Origin: Rhizaria sp. SCN 62-66
Lineage: Eukaryota
Length of the DNA: 64,000 bases
NCBI GenBank assembly: GCA_001724265.1
Contig: MEDY01000285.1
Location: 1-64,000 of the forward strand
Direction: 5' to 3'
Of this stretch, positions 47,992 to 60,325 are shown in pieces (the stretch's first letter is position 1; the number at the start of each line of letters is the position of its first letter). Position numbers and translations under genes: made by a program. The notes below the pieces were generated by a model that saw only the letters and a list, made by a program, of their open reading frames with translations, searched no databases and was not told the DNA's origin.

Positions 47992-49773
47992 ATGGATAAG
48001 GCTGCCGCCACTTCCCCGGCCGCCGCAGCCCCCGCTGCCACCACCCCCGCGGCCGCCGCTCCCGCCGCAGCCTCCCCCGAGGCCAGCAGCGCTTCCCCCG
48101 CCGCGCCCGCCGCCGCCGGTACCGAGGAAGAGGAGGAGCTCCCGCGGTTGCTTGCGGCTGACACAGCAGCCGTGGCTGCCATGGACGCCGCCATCTCAAC
48201 CCACGGGCTCGACAGCGTTCCTGCGCTCGCGGCCTGCGTCGCCGCGCTCGATGCGTGGATTCCGTTGTACAAGCTGCAGCCGATGGACGAGCTGCTGCAG
48301 CGCATCTGGGCGCTGTGCCGCGCGCGGTATCAGCCCGCGCCGGACCACGTCAAGCGCCTGCTGCAGGTGGTGCGCGACGCCAAGGAGGCCGGACTCACTG
48401 TCGTGCCCGGTCCGGGGCCTGAGGATACGGCGGAGAAAGACGACGCAGCTGCTGAGGCTAATGATGAGCCGACCGCAGACAAAAAGGCTGGCGACAACAA
48501 CAACAAGCCCAGTGGCGGCCCGGATGATACCACGACGACTGCAACAACGGCGGCCACGAAAACGACCGCTGACGCAGACGCAGACAACTCGTCGTTCCCC
48601 GCCGCCGACTCGGACGGCCACGAGCTGACCGCGCCGGCCCCGTCCCCCGCCGTGCGTGCGCGTCTCGCCGCGGCGGCCCGCACCGCGGCCTCCTTGCTGT
48701 CCGGCGTGGAGTTAACCGACTCTGCTGCCATCGACGCCGCCGTCGCGCGCGCGGACCTCCTGGACGCCACTGAGGCTGTGGCGCGGCGCAACGCGGGCGG
48801 GGACCTGCTTCCGCGCGCGATGCAGCTCAAGGCCTTCCTGCGGTACAAACAGCACCGGTTCCGCGACTCCCTGGCGCTCTTCGCCGCGTTCAAAGCGCTC
48901 GTCGGGCCCTCAGCGGAGCTCTTGGAGAACATGGGCCACGCGCACAACACCGTGGGCGAGCACGAGCGCGCCGTGGCGTGCTTCACCGAGGCGCTGGGCG
49001 TTGTCCGCCTTAAGGCGCAGCTCACGCCCGGGTACTCCGCAGAGGACCACTCCGGTGGGCTGCTACTGGGGCTCGGCGTCTCCCTCAAGCGGACGGGTCG
49101 GCTGAGGGAGGCGCTTGAGACGATGCAGCAGGCGAGGGACGTGTTCATTGCGCGGCACCGCGGGAAAGACCACTCGCTCGTCGGCAAGGCGCTGTCGGCG
49201 ATGGCCGAGACGCACGCGCTGCTGGGGGAACCCAAGCAGGCCCTCGCGGCGCATCTGGAGACTGTGCGGATCTTCCGCGCAACGTGCGGCGTGTGCCCTC
49301 TGACTGCGAACGCGCTCGCCGCGCTCGGTCTGTCGCTCCTCTCTCTGGGGCTGGTTGCCGCGGCGCTCGAGGCGCTGGACGAGGCGCTGGCGCAGCACTG
49401 TGGGTTTGACACGCTCGACCTGCCGGAAATGATCCGGATCACGGATGAGATGGTGCGCGTGCGCGGGGCGCTCGTGGGGCAGCCGTTCCCGAAGCGAGAC
49501 TCGCCCGTGCTGACGCTGGGGCGCGCGTTCGGGCCCAGCGTGGCGCCGCTGCGGCGCGGCGTGGCCGCCATGGAGGGGCAGGGCCGCGGCGGCAGCGACG
49601 ACGCGGCGGTGTTTTATAAGAGCGCGGGAGAAGTGCTGCTGCTGGCGGGGGAGAAGGCCGAGGCTAAGGTCTGGCTCGGCAAGTCGCTCGCGCTGCTGCG
49701 CAAGGTCACTGCGGTTGATTGCACGGGGCTCATGGAGACGCTCACGACTCTTATCGCCTTCTGTGACAAGTGA
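47992..49773 (+). CDS. TPR-repeat protein
   Basis: Repeated TPR-like helices (LLENMGHAHNTVGEHERAVACFTEAL; LLGLGVSLKRTGRLREALETMQQA; HSLVGKALSAMAETHALLGEPKQAL). TGA stop. Confidence 0.75.
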   Translation: MDKAAATSPAAAAPAATTPAAAAPAAASPEASSASPAAPAAAGTEEEEELPRLLAADTAAVAAMDAAISTHGLDSVPALAACVAALDAWIPLYKLQPMDELLQRIWALCRARYQPAPDHVKRLLQVVRDAKEAGLTVVPGPGPEDTAEKDDAAAEANDEPTADKKAGDNNNKPSGGPDDTTTTATTAATKTTADADADNSSFPAADSDGHELTAPAPSPAVRARLAAAARTAASLLSGVELTDSAAIDAAVARADLLDATEAVARRNAGGDLLPRAMQLKAFLRYKQHRFRDSLALFAAFKALVGPSAELLENMGHAHNTVGEHERAVACFTEALGVVRLKAQLTPGYSAEDHSGGLLLGLGVSLKRTGRLREALETMQQARDVFIARHRGKDHSLVGKALSAMAETHALLGEPKQALAAHLETVRIFRATCGVCPLTANALAALGLSLLSLGLVAAALEALDEALAQHCGFDTLDLPEMIRITDEMVRVRGALVGQPFPKRDSPVLTLGRAFGPSVAPLRRGVAAMEGQGRGGSDDAAVFYKSAGEVLLLAGEKAEAKVWLGKSLALLRKVTAVDCTGLMETLTTLIAFCDK

Positions 49774-50161
49774 ACAGGCGTCTCGAATGCTTGGGCGAGA
49801 AGATTCAAGTGAGCTGCCTTCTGCTGCGCGAGGGAATTCTCGCGGTATATATTTGCTGATGAGGAATTCCATCAGGGGCCAGTGATATATTAATACAAAA
49901 CTAAATCTATCTTGTGAAATTTAACTTGGGGGCGCTTAGTACACGGAGAACTATCTTGAATTGTGTGTTCGCCACAAGTTGTTTTGGTGCCAAGCTGTCC
50001 AAGGGAATGGGTTTGGCGCCCTCTGATCGCCAATGTTCATCGTTAAGTAGCGTGTCGACCATCCGTTACACGGAAATATCAATATTTGTTTCTGGTCTAA
50101 TTTCTGACTTTTGACCACATAATATAGCGACGACGCCTCCAGCGACGTATATCCTGTGCAA

Positions 50162-53100
50162 ATGCACATCAAGCAGATCATTGTCGAAGGGTTCAAGACC
50201 TACAAGGACCGCACCGTTATCGACAACCTCAGCCCTGGCGCCAACGCTATCGTCGGTCCCAATGGTAGTGGTAAATCAAACATCTTTGCAGGTAAGTGTC
50301 TCTGCCCTCGCAAAACCTCCACCTCTGCTTTATCCTTTCCCCTGCCGACTCGCTCTCGTCGCGCCCTCCCCTCCCACTAATTTGTTGCCTGCACTTGGTA
50401 TCTTCGCTCTCGTTTTTCTCATGCTTTCTTGACTTCTCTCTTTGCACACTTGCGCTCTAATCCGTCTCTTGCGCAGCGATTGAGTTCTTGCTCAGCAACG
50501 AGTTTGCTACGCTGACCCCCGATGAGCGCCGCGCGCTGCTGCACGAAGGCGCTGGCCACCAGTCCGCCGCCGCGAGCGTCGAGATCATCTTCGACAACGC
50601 CGACGGCCGCATCCCCGTCGAGCGCCGTGACACAGTCTCGCTGCGCCGCACCATGGGCACCAAGAAGGATGAGTACTTCCTCGACGGCAAGCACATCACG
50701 CGCTCTGAAGTGGTTTCGCTGCTCGAGTCCGCTGGTCTGTCGCGGTCGAACCCGTACTACATCGTCCAGCAGGGCAAGGTTGCGAAGCTGATCAAGATGC
50801 GCGACGCCGAGCGCCTCGACCTTCTGATGGAGATTGCCGGCACGCGCACGTACGACGAGCGCCGCGCCGAGTCCCTGCGCGTCATGGCCGAGACCGACGC
50901 CAAGCGCAAGGAAGTCGCCGAAGTACTTGCGTCGATCGAGAAGCGCGTCGCCGAGCTCGAGGCCGAGAAGACGGCTCTGCGCGCGTTCCAGGACGCCGAC
51001 GCCGACCGCCGCGCGCTCGAGCACGCGCTGCTTTCCCGCCGCGAGCGCAGGCTGGCCGAGGCGCTCGCCGCGCTCGACGCCGCGCGCGCCGCCGCGGGGG
51101 ATCAGTCCGCGCAGCTCCACGCCGCCGCCGCCGCCGCCGCCAAGGAGAGCCAGGCGGCCGCGGCCGAGCTCGCGCGTGCTGGTGACGCCGCTGCTGAGGT
51201 GCAGGGCCGTCGCGCCGGCCTCGAGCAGACGCGTCAGACACGCGCGGTTGCATTAGCGCAGGCCGAGGCCGCGGCGCGCGAGGCCGCCGACGCGCGCGCC
51301 GCCGCCGAGGAGGCCGCGGGCAGTGCGCGTCGCGAGCGCGCGGAGCTTCTGGCTCAGATTGAGGCCGCGCGCGGGGAGGTCACGCGCGCGGAGGCCGCCG
51401 CGACGGCCGCGGCGACAGCTGCGAGCGAGGCACGCGCGCGCAGTGGGCTGCTCGAGCAGCGTAAGTTGCAGCTGCAGGCGAAGCAGGGCCGCGCGGAGCA
51501 GTTCGCGGACAAGAAGGCCCGCGACGCGCACCTGACGGCGCAGATCAAGGCGCTTGAGAAGGAGGCCGCCGCCGCCGACGCCGCCGCGGCCGCCGCCGAG
51601 AAGGACGCCGCCGCGGCCGAGACCGCGCGCGCCGCCGCCGCCGCCGTCGCCAACGCCAAGCCCTCCGAAGTCGCCGCCGGTGAGGCCGCGCTTGCTTCAC
51701 TCGAGCGCGACGCTGCGGCGGCCCGTGTGGAACAAGATGCGGCACAGAACGCGCGGCGCGAGGCGTGGCGCGCGCTTGAAGCCGCCGAAGCCGCCGTCAA
51801 AGACGCTGTGGCGAGGACGGAGGCGGCGCGGCGCGACGCGCAGGCGACGATGGACCGTGAGGTCTTCCGCGGACTCGAGGCCGTGCGGCGGCTGGCGCGC
51901 GAGCACGGCATTGCGGGCGTGCACGGACCGCTTGTGGACCTGATCCAGTGCGATAAGCTGTTCCAGCCGTGCGTCGAGACGGTCGCGGGCGGCGCGTTAT
52001 TCCACGTCGTGGTCGACTCGGACGCCGTCGCGGCGAAGCTCATCGCGCTGCTGAACCGGGAGAAGGCCGGCCGCGTGACGTTCATGCCGCTGTCGCAGCT
52101 GCGCGAGTGGCCGGTGCGGTACCCGCAGCGACAGGACTGTCTGCCCATGCTCCAGCGACTCACGTTCGACCCCAGGCACCGCGCCGCAGTCTTTCAGGTA
52201 CGGAAAGGCTTACTCACGCAAAACTATGACTGTCGCGTTGTTTGACTACAGTCGCATGTATTGTTTTCAATCGTATGTTACACTCTTTAAATCTAACTCA
52301 TTTTGTAATTTTTTGTTTTAACTTGATATCTTCAATCTGTGTAGGTGTTCGGTCGCACTGTGATCGTACGCTCGCTGCCCGTGGGCTCGGAGGTGTCCAA
52401 GTCGCACAACCTCGACTGCATCACCGCTGGCTGCGAGCGCGTCTCCCGCCGCGGCGCACTGACGGGCGGTTTCGTCGACACCGACGTCTCCCGTCTGCGC
52501 CGCGCACATGCCCACCGTGAGGCCATCACAGCGCAGACCGCGGCCGAGGCCGAGGTCGCCCGTCTGCGCACCGCCGTCGACGACGCCGACGCGCGCGTAA
52601 CTGCGTTCATGTCCTCGCTCGCCAAACTGGCACAGGCGCGCGCGGCCGCGGCGGAGAAGGTCCGCGCCGCGCAGACGCTGGCCACGGACGCGGCGGCCGA
52701 GGCGCGCGCGCTAGCCGACGCTGCCGCCGCCAAGCGCGTCGCCGCCGCGACGGCCGCCGCCAGCCGCGCGCTGCTGCAGGAGCAGCTCGACGCCCACCGG
52801 GCCGAGATCAAGGCGCCTTTCGACGCGGAATTGGGCGCGAAGGACCGCCGCGCGCTGGCCGACATCACTGCGGAGGCCGCCGCGGCGGGCACGGCCGCCA
52901 ACGACGCTGCGGGCGCCGAGGCCGAGGCCGCAGTCCGCGCAGACCGCGCGCGCGCGCACTTAGAGGGTTTTTTGCTGCGGCGCTTGGCCGAGGTGCAGGC
53001 CGCCGAGGCGCGCGCGCTCGCCGCCGCCGGTGAGGCCGCCGACGCGGCCGCTGCGGCCGAGACGGACCTGCGCGCGGCCAAGGCGGGCGCTGAGGAGGCC

Positions 53101-54495
53101 CGCGCCGCGCTCAAGGCCGCCGAGCGCGACGAGGCGGCGGCTGCAGAGGCCGTGACTGCGGCGGGCAAGCGCGCGGACGAGGCTCGCGCCGCCGAGGCCG
53201 GGGCACACAAGGACGCCGCGGACGCCTCGCAGTCGGCCGGACAGGTGCTCGGCCGCGCGGCGGTGCTGGAGCAGCAGCTGGGCGAGACCCGCCGGGACAT
53301 GGCCGCGCTGGGCGCGCTGCCGGCGGCGGCGCTGGACGCGTTTGCCAACACGCCGCTGCGGGAGCTCGAGGAGAAGCTTTCCCGCGCCGTCGCAGCCGTG
53401 GCGAAGCACGCGGGCGTGAACAAGCGGGCGCCGGAGCAGGCCGCGGAGCTCAAGCAGCAGCGCGAGGAGCTCGAGGCGCGCCGCAAGGAGATCGACCGTG
53501 GACGCGCGAGCATCGTGGAGCTCATCGAAGGACTCGACCTGAAGAAGGATGAGGCGATTGACCGCACGTTTAAGGCCATCGGGCAGCATTTCTCGCAGGT
53601 ATTCGCGGAACTCGTGCCCGGAGGCAAGGGCACGCTCGTGCTGCACTCGCGTGCGGGCGCGGGCGCCGGCGCCACTGCGGCTGCAGGCGAGGCGACGGAC
53701 CTGGCTCAGGGCGGTGGGCGGATGCGCGATGATGACGACGACGATAACAAGGCCGGCTCAGAGTCCGAGTCCGATTCCGAGCAAGAGGAAGAGGAGGAGA
53801 GTGCTGACGAAGGCGAGGATGCGCGCGCCGGCAGCCGCCGCAAGCGCAAGGCTCCTGGAGCCGCTGGCGCCGCGGGCAAGAGCCGCAAATCCATCTCCGC
53901 CGCCACTGCGGGCGCGCGCTCCCCGGGTCGTGCTTCTTCCTCCTCCTCCTCTGCGTCTGCGTCTGCGTCTGCGCAGGAGGAACGCAAGGAGAGCAAAGAA
54001 GGCAAGAGAGACAAGAAGAAGAGTGAGGAGGACCGCACGGGCGCCCGCCTTGCCGCGCTTGCCGGCGCGGGCGGGTCCGCGCTGCGCTTCTCCGGCGTCG
54101 GCATCCGCGTCGCGTTCTCGGGACAGAAGCAGCAGGCGACGGCGCTGCTGTCTGGTGGACAGCAGTGCGTTGTCGCGTTATCGCTCATCTTCGCCATCCA
54201 GCGCTGCGACCCGTCGCCGTTCTACGTCTTCGACGAAATCGACGCCAACCTGGACGCCGTGCATCGCACCGCGGTCGCGGCGCTGCTCGCGAAGCAGAAG
54301 GCGACGACGCAGTTCGTCGTCACGACGTTCCGGCCGGAGTTCCTGACCGCGATGGACCGCTTCTATGGTGTGCGCTTCCTCAACAAGACCTCGGTGGTGC
54401 GCGAGATCGGCCGTGCGGAGGCGCAGGCGCTGGTCAACTCTGGTGAGAGCGCCCCGCCCGCTGCCGCTGCTGCCGTCGCCGGCGCGGGCAAGTGA
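50162..54495 (+). CDS. SMC3: Cohesin subunit SMC3; exons 50162-50291, 50477-52197, 52345-54495
   Basis: [24 protein letters not shown] (Walker A), [28 protein letters not shown], hinge GRVTFMPL and [30 protein letters not shown] stop. Confidence 0.97.
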
Positions 54496-55039
54496 GTCGT
54501 CAGTCACTCTCGCGGACTGTGGACTGCCAGTTGCTTGCGCGCTTGTGAAGGGAGTCGCCAGTCTCGAAAGCATCTGATGCCAGCTGTTGTCGAACCAACC
54601 TTAGCCTAATTAGCAATGAGAAAGTATATGTAACAGGCCAGTTGACTCTTTGTTTGGATCTGACTGGCCATTTGAAAGTAACCATGTTGATCTGTGAACC
54701 GCAAAATACAAAACAAACAATAATTCACACCTTGCTAGCTCGAAGAATCATGTTTTTGTGTTGTATTGATCATACATGAACTATAAAGACTCTAAACTGA
54801 TTACAAACCACATTGCCTGTTGTGGCGCTCAATGATGTCGCTGTGACTTGGCGAAGAGCTACAAGCTCCACGCACATTGTGTACAGACAATTTGTGAGAA
54901 ACATAACATAATGGCTAAACGCTGAAGTTTTTCTAACGGAAAACAGCAAACAAAACAAAACAAACTAGATTCTAGAAGATCCAGCGCGCAATGGTATCAC
55001 ATGCACCCGCTTAGATGTTCACACGTCGCCACACCCTAC

Positions 55040-57781
55040 TTACATGGGGAGGAGCTCGTCGCCAAGATCGCCGTCTCCCCAGTCGTCAGCAGTGTTGGGC
55101 GCGCCGGGCATGTTGACCGGTGCACCGCGGTGCGCAGGAGCAACCATATCCGCGTTATCAGTAAGACCAAAACCCTGCTGTTGATGCTGCTGTTGCTGCT
55201 GTTGCTGCATGGCAACCTGCTGCTGGTAGGCCTGGTGCTGCTGGTATGCGAGCTCCTCGTCGTCCTGCTGCTGCATCTGCTGCTGCTCGTATTGCGCCTG
55301 CGCGCGCGCTTCCTCCATCTGCATCTGTTGTTGCTGCTGCTGCTCGTACTGCTGCTGTTGCTGGAGCTGCTGCGCCTGTGACTGGTGGTCACCGTACCCG
55401 CCCGCGCCGCCAGCCATGTTGGCCGCGTGCGCGCGCTCGGCCTGCGCGAGCAGCTCGGCGAAATGCGCCGCCTGCGGGTCGCCCAGCTCGCGCGTCAGCA
55501 TCGCGAGATACTTAAGGCACTCGACTGAGTCGGGGTCCTGCGCGTGGATCGCCTTGTAGAGCCCCAGCGCGGCCGCCGTGTCGCCCATGCGGCGGTAACA
55601 CGCGGCGACCATGAGACGCCACTTGCCCTCGTGCGGCTCGATCAGCGCGGCGCGGTGAAAGAACTTGATCGCCTCTTCGTGGTTGCCTTGCTTGACGTAC
55701 CACACACCGAGCCAGGAGATGACTTCGAGCGCGACGGGGTACACGTGGTGCGCGTCGAGGAAGAACTGCGCCGCCGCGGCCTCGGACTCGTACCGGCACG
55801 CGATAGAGCCGATGCGGGCGAGCACCTTGGCGTCGTTGGGGACGACACCGTGGAGGATCTTGAACCACTCGGCCGCCTCACCGCCTTCGCGCATCACGTC
55901 GTACAGGTTGCCGATGTGGTAAATCACCTGCGGGTCCTTGGGCACAAGGCGGTGCAGCTTCTTGAACGCCTGCAGCGCGTCAGGGAGCTGGCCCAGCCGC
56001 TTATTGCAAAGACCGAGGTTGTAGATAGCCTCGACACAGTCGGCTTCGACACCAATGGCCTCGAGGTAGAGCTCGCGCGCGGCATCCAGCTCGTCCTTGA
56101 CGAAGTGGATGTTGGCCTTGTTCACCAGCGCGCGCGCGTTGTAGCGGTCCGCACGCACGGCCACGTCCGCCTTGGCCTCGGCGTTGGCGAAGTCGCCCTC
56201 GAGGAAGTACAGGAAGGACAGATTGGTCGCGGCCTGGTCAACAAGGCCCTGATCACGCGCCTCGAACGATTGGAACACCTCGTACGCCTGCGCAATCTGT
56301 TTGTTCTTGAGGTACGCAATACCCTTGGCAATCTCCAGCTCCATCGCGATGTGCGGAAAGCCGCCGTGGATGTCCTTGGCACCGACCCGCGCGCCCTCAC
56401 CGGCAGCAGCATCGTCGTCCTCGTGCGCCAGCGACGGGTTCTTGAGCTCCTCCATCACCCAGTCGTAGCCTTCGCTGAGGACGGGTGAGATGGCCGGCGC
56501 AAGCAGGCGCGCCGCCGTCTGCACGTACGAGTGGAAGCGCTTCTGACGCACGCGCATCTCCTTGACCAAGTCATCAGCGCCGGACTTGTCCGAGCCAGAG
56601 CCCGTGCCGGCGGAGGATAGCCCCATGGCGGAGAACGCGCCCCCCACGGTCGAGCCAAAAGGGTTGCTTGCGCCTGGCGCGGCAAAGACGGCGTCCTCAT
56701 CGCCCGCGGTCTCGAACTCGTCCTTGACGGAGAGGAGGAGAGAAAACGCGCGCTGCATCTTGCCGACGTCGCCGGTGGCGTAGTGAGCGATGAAGAGGTT
56801 AAACACTGTCTGCGCGTCGGTGAGGCGCGCGGAGCCGATGGGGCCGCCCGCGGCGGTGCCGTCAAGCTCCAGCACGGCCTCGAAGGCCTGGATGGCCTCG
56901 TGGAAAGACCCGGTGCGGAGGTGCGCGACGCCGATGTTGCGCATGATGCGCATGCGGAGTGCGCGGTGCGAGCCTGCGTCGAGCTGATCCACGGCCATGC
57001 GGTACATCTTAATCGCGGCGACGTACTTCTTAAGCTGGAAGTAGATGTTGCCGATGTTGACCTTGACACGGCCTGCAAGCGGGTGCTCACGGTCCTTGGC
57101 GATCGCAGTGTAGGCGCCAATCGCCTCGTTAGCCATGCCGGCGGACTGGTAAGCGTGCGCCAGAGCAAACGCGGCCGCGAACGTGAGATCCATGTTGTTC
57201 TGCTCGGCCGTATTAGTGGCCTTGCGGTGCTTAACGAGTGCGTGCTCACGCTTCACGGCCTCCTTGGCCATCTCCAGCGCCGGCAGCTTCTGCCCGGCCG
57301 CCGTCAGCGAGGCAGTCTCCTCCAGCGCACGGTGAACCGCCTTCTCGAGCTCGCGCGCCTGCTGCTCCGGCCCGTCAGTGCTCGTCTTGGCCAGCGCGGG
57401 CGCGGGGCCCTGCGTGGCCTGACCCAGGGGGTCGAACCGCTGCGTGCCGAGCATGGGCGCAGCGGTCGTTAACCCAGCGCCAGCAGGCTTGCCAGATGAG
57501 TATCCGGCGCCGCGGACGGAAGACAGCGCGCGGTGGACGTTGCCGCCCGCGCCAGTGTCGCCACCGGAGCCGGCGGCGCTGCCGGGGGCGCGCATCTGAG
57601 ACGGCAGCGCGCCCGCGCCCGCGCCCGCGGCGCCGGGAGGACGGCGGGTGCCGAGCGGGCCTGTGGGGTTGGAGCGCGCGACGGAGGCGAGGATGCGCGA
57701 GGGCGCGGACGCGAGCTCGTCGTAGCCCTCGTAGATGTCGTCGTCTTTCTTCGCCGCGACGGGCTTGCGGAGGGCGGACAT
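55040..57781 (-). CDS. IFT88: Intraflagellar transport protein 88 (single exon)
   Basis: GRVKVNIGNIYF..KKYVAAIKMYRMA, AATNLSFLYFLEGD, DRYNARALVNKAN, EADCVEAIYNLGL, KWRLMVAACYRR; C-terminus DDWGDGDLGDELLPM. TAA stop. Confidence 0.95.
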   Translation of the reverse strand: MSALRKPVAAKKDDDIYEGYDELASAPSRILASVARSNPTGPLGTRRPPGAAGAGAGALPSQMRAPGSAAGSGGDTGAGGNVHRALSSVRGAGYSSGKPAGAGLTTAAPMLGTQRFDPLGQATQGPAPALAKTSTDGPEQQARELEKAVHRALEETASLTAAGQKLPALEMAKEAVKREHALVKHRKATNTAEQNNMDLTFAAAFALAHAYQSAGMANEAIGAYTAIAKDREHPLAGRVKVNIGNIYFQLKKYVAAIKMYRMAVDQLDAGSHRALRMRIMRNIGVAHLRTGSFHEAIQAFEAVLELDGTAAGGPIGSARLTDAQTVFNLFIAHYATGDVGKMQRAFSLLLSVKDEFETAGDEDAVFAAPGASNPFGSTVGGAFSAMGLSSAGTGSGSDKSGADDLVKEMRVRQKRFHSYVQTAARLLAPAISPVLSEGYDWVMEELKNPSLAHEDDDAAAGEGARVGAKDIHGGFPHIAMELEIAKGIAYLKNKQIAQAYEVFQSFEARDQGLVDQAATNLSFLYFLEGDFANAEAKADVAVRADRYNARALVNKANIHFVKDELDAARELYLEAIGVEADCVEAIYNLGLCNKRLGQLPDALQAFKKLHRLVPKDPQVIYHIGNLYDVMREGGEAAEWFKILHGVVPNDAKVLARIGSIACRYESEAAAAQFFLDAHHVYPVALEVISWLGVWYVKQGNHEEAIKFFHRAALIEPHEGKWRLMVAACYRRMGDTAAALGLYKAIHAQDPDSVECLKYLAMLTRELGDPQAAHFAELLAQAERAHAANMAGGAGGYGDHQSQAQQLQQQQQYEQQQQQQMQMEEARAQAQYEQQQMQQQDDEELAYQQHQAYQQQVAMQQQQQQQHQQQGFGLTDNADMVAPAHRGAPVNMPGAPNTADDWGDGDLGDELLPM

Positions 57782-58460
57782 CAGGAGGCTTTGAAACTGG
57801 CGGCCGTCAAGCGCTGTCGAAGCGTTAGTTTCTCAGGTGAGTCGAAGTTGTGTAGTTCTGTCTCGAAGCCCAGGTGGCGTGAGTTGCAAGGGTTTAAGGA
57901 AAAAACTCTGCATTAAGTAGCAGTAAATCGCAAGTCAAATAAGATCAGTGAGTGTCATAAGTCGTTGCAATTAGGTTAAAGAAGCAAGAAAGAAAGTATC
58001 AACGAGGCAGGCAGCTAACCGTTGCTGGCTCGAACAGACCACTTTAGATACAAATTCACGCTGATGACATCGTGCTGATAAGCTAAAAATGATAACAAGA
58101 ATACCTTAAATACGCTTAATAGCTATCATTAAATTGCTTTTCAAAAGAGACGCTCTATACCGAGTAATTGATCTCGCCGCTCGGGATTGAGTTTAAACGT
58201 TGACGCCCACCCGTTTTCGGTGACCGTGAGCCAGCCACACAAAAATCTTGCTCTTTTGATCAGCATGCGACTTAAACCAGAAGGCATGGAGAGTAAATAA
58301 CAGTAAATAAATATGTATAATGGATTGACTCAAATAATCCGAGTTGTTAATAAGCTAAGGTGCACGCGTATCTCGCGCAAAGCCTGGCCCTCATGCATTG
58401 TCCTGCTGGTCACTTTCACTCCGATCTCAAGACGTTTCTCCGTCACTGGAAGCTCTGCAC

Positions 58461-60325
58461 TCAGGGCCGCGCCTCGTCATAGCGCGTCTCCTCCACCAGC
58501 TCCTCCATCAGTTGCAGCAGCGACCCGGCCTCCTCTGCCGTGAACATGCGGTCCATGCCGCAGCGCCACCGCACGAGCCCGCGCTCGTCAAGCAGGAAGA
58601 AGTAGGACGCACCTGCGTTGCGGCAGTCGAGCACAGTGCGCGCGCGCCCCAGCGGCTCCTCGGGCGTCGCCTCGAAGAACGGCAGCGTCCACTCGTGCAG
58701 GTGAGGCGGCACCTGACGCTCGAGGTTGCTGCGGATCGACCCCGACAGCAGAGACTTGACCAGGTGACCGTACGCGAGGCTCAAGTTGAGCGCGGTCACA
58801 GACACGGGGCGCGGTCCAGCGCCAGCGCCAGTGCCGGCGGGGGAGCCCTTCTTGCCAGAGCCGCGCGCGCGGTCCTTGCCCTGCGCACCCGCAGCCACAG
58901 CCGGAGCCACGGCCACAGCAGCAGCAGCGTCAGCCTCGGTATTGTTCGCAGTAGCAGAAGCACTGTTAGCGCTGTTACTGTTGTTTCCGGGCGCGAGGGC
59001 AAGGAAGTGCTGCGCGACAATGCGCTGCATGCCAATCGTGGGGCCAAACCCCTTCTCCGAGGCCGAAAGCGCGATGAACGTCACGCGCCCAGGCACCTGC
59101 ACGAGCTCGCGCAGAGTCACCTGTGCGCCTGAGAGCGCGCGCGCGTGCAAGTCCATGGCGCCCACCAGCGCCACGTCGGCCGCGGACACGCCGCCGGGCA
59201 ACGCGGCGGCGGCGACGCCAGCGTTCTCGCCCGCCGCCGCGGCGGAGGCGGAGGCAGAGGGGGCGGCGGCAGCGCCACCGGCGGCCGCGGCGATGGCGGC
59301 CGCGGTGGCGGGGCGGGCCTGCATGCTCACAGTCGCACGCTTCAGCCCGCCCTCGGTCCCCGCCGCGCCCGCAGACGCCGCAGTGCCCTCAGTGGATGAG
59401 GACGCAGATGCTGCGCCGGAGCTGTTGTCGCCGCCACCGCTGCTAGAGAGCATTTTGCGCGCGAACGTGCCCTCCATGTCTGTGCGGAGAGTCTGGAACT
59501 CTGCAGCCCACAGGGGCACGAACAGGGGGGCGCCGTGCGCGCGCGCGAGACGCGTCGGCGGGGGCGGGAAGACGATGCTTGCGTTCACAGCGGCCTGGCT
59601 CAAAGACAGGTCCATCGCGCGCTCGGCGGAGCGGGAACTAAGAGGGAAAAAAAGTAAGCAAACGAGATGAGTGTCAGCAATGGCAACACATCACATAGTA
59701 CGGGAAAATAAATATTAGGCGTGAAGTTGATGCATTGTTAAACGTACGCGCTGGCGTTGACAAACTCGCGGCGGGCGCGCCAGGCATCCTTAACCTTGGA
59801 GAAAAGCCCAGCTTTAGGCTCGTTTGCTTTGGCCTCGGCCTGAGCCTTGGCAACCTCCGGATCTGCAGCAGCGGCGGCAGCAGCGGCCTCGGCTGCCTCA
59901 GCTGCGGCGGCGTCGGCAGCTTCCCGTTCCTTGGCCTTCTCAACAGCAGTGCGCGCCTTGTCGATGACGGGTTTGAGCTTGCGCTGCATCTCGGCCTTCT
60001 TAGCGCGGGCGACGGCGCGTTCGGCAGCGACCTGTGCGTCAGTCTTGAGGTCAGCGAGTGAGTGCACTTCACCGGGCTGCGGCAGGGACTGCAGGTTCGG
60101 GTTTGCGCCCGGCTTGCCCGTGGCGGGCTTGTCCGCGGGGGGCGCCGCAGCGGGGTCAGGCTTGGAGAATAAAAACGGCCGACGGGGGGTCGCGGTGACA
60201 GTGACAAGGGCGCTGCCGCTGGCACTGACGCTGGGAAAGACAGGGGCCGCGGAGAACAAGCACGAGGGCGGGACCGCGCTGCGCATGGTCCGCGCCAGCG
60301 ACGCAACAGAACGGAAGCGCTGCAT
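58461..60325 (-). CDS. ATP10: ATP10-like mitochondrial ATP synthase assembly factor; intron 59747-59638
   Basis: Arg-rich presequence-like N-terminus. LVKSLLSGSIRSNLERQVPPHLH and NAGASYFFLLDERGLVRWRCG...EEAGSL resemble the ATP10 C-terminal domain. TGA stop. Confidence 0.7.

Noticed and set aside
27841-54495. Functional cell-cycle cluster (MAD1, POLE2, SKP1-like, SMC3)
   Set aside because: Interspersed with unrelated genes in mixed orientation; compatible with chance in a compact genome.
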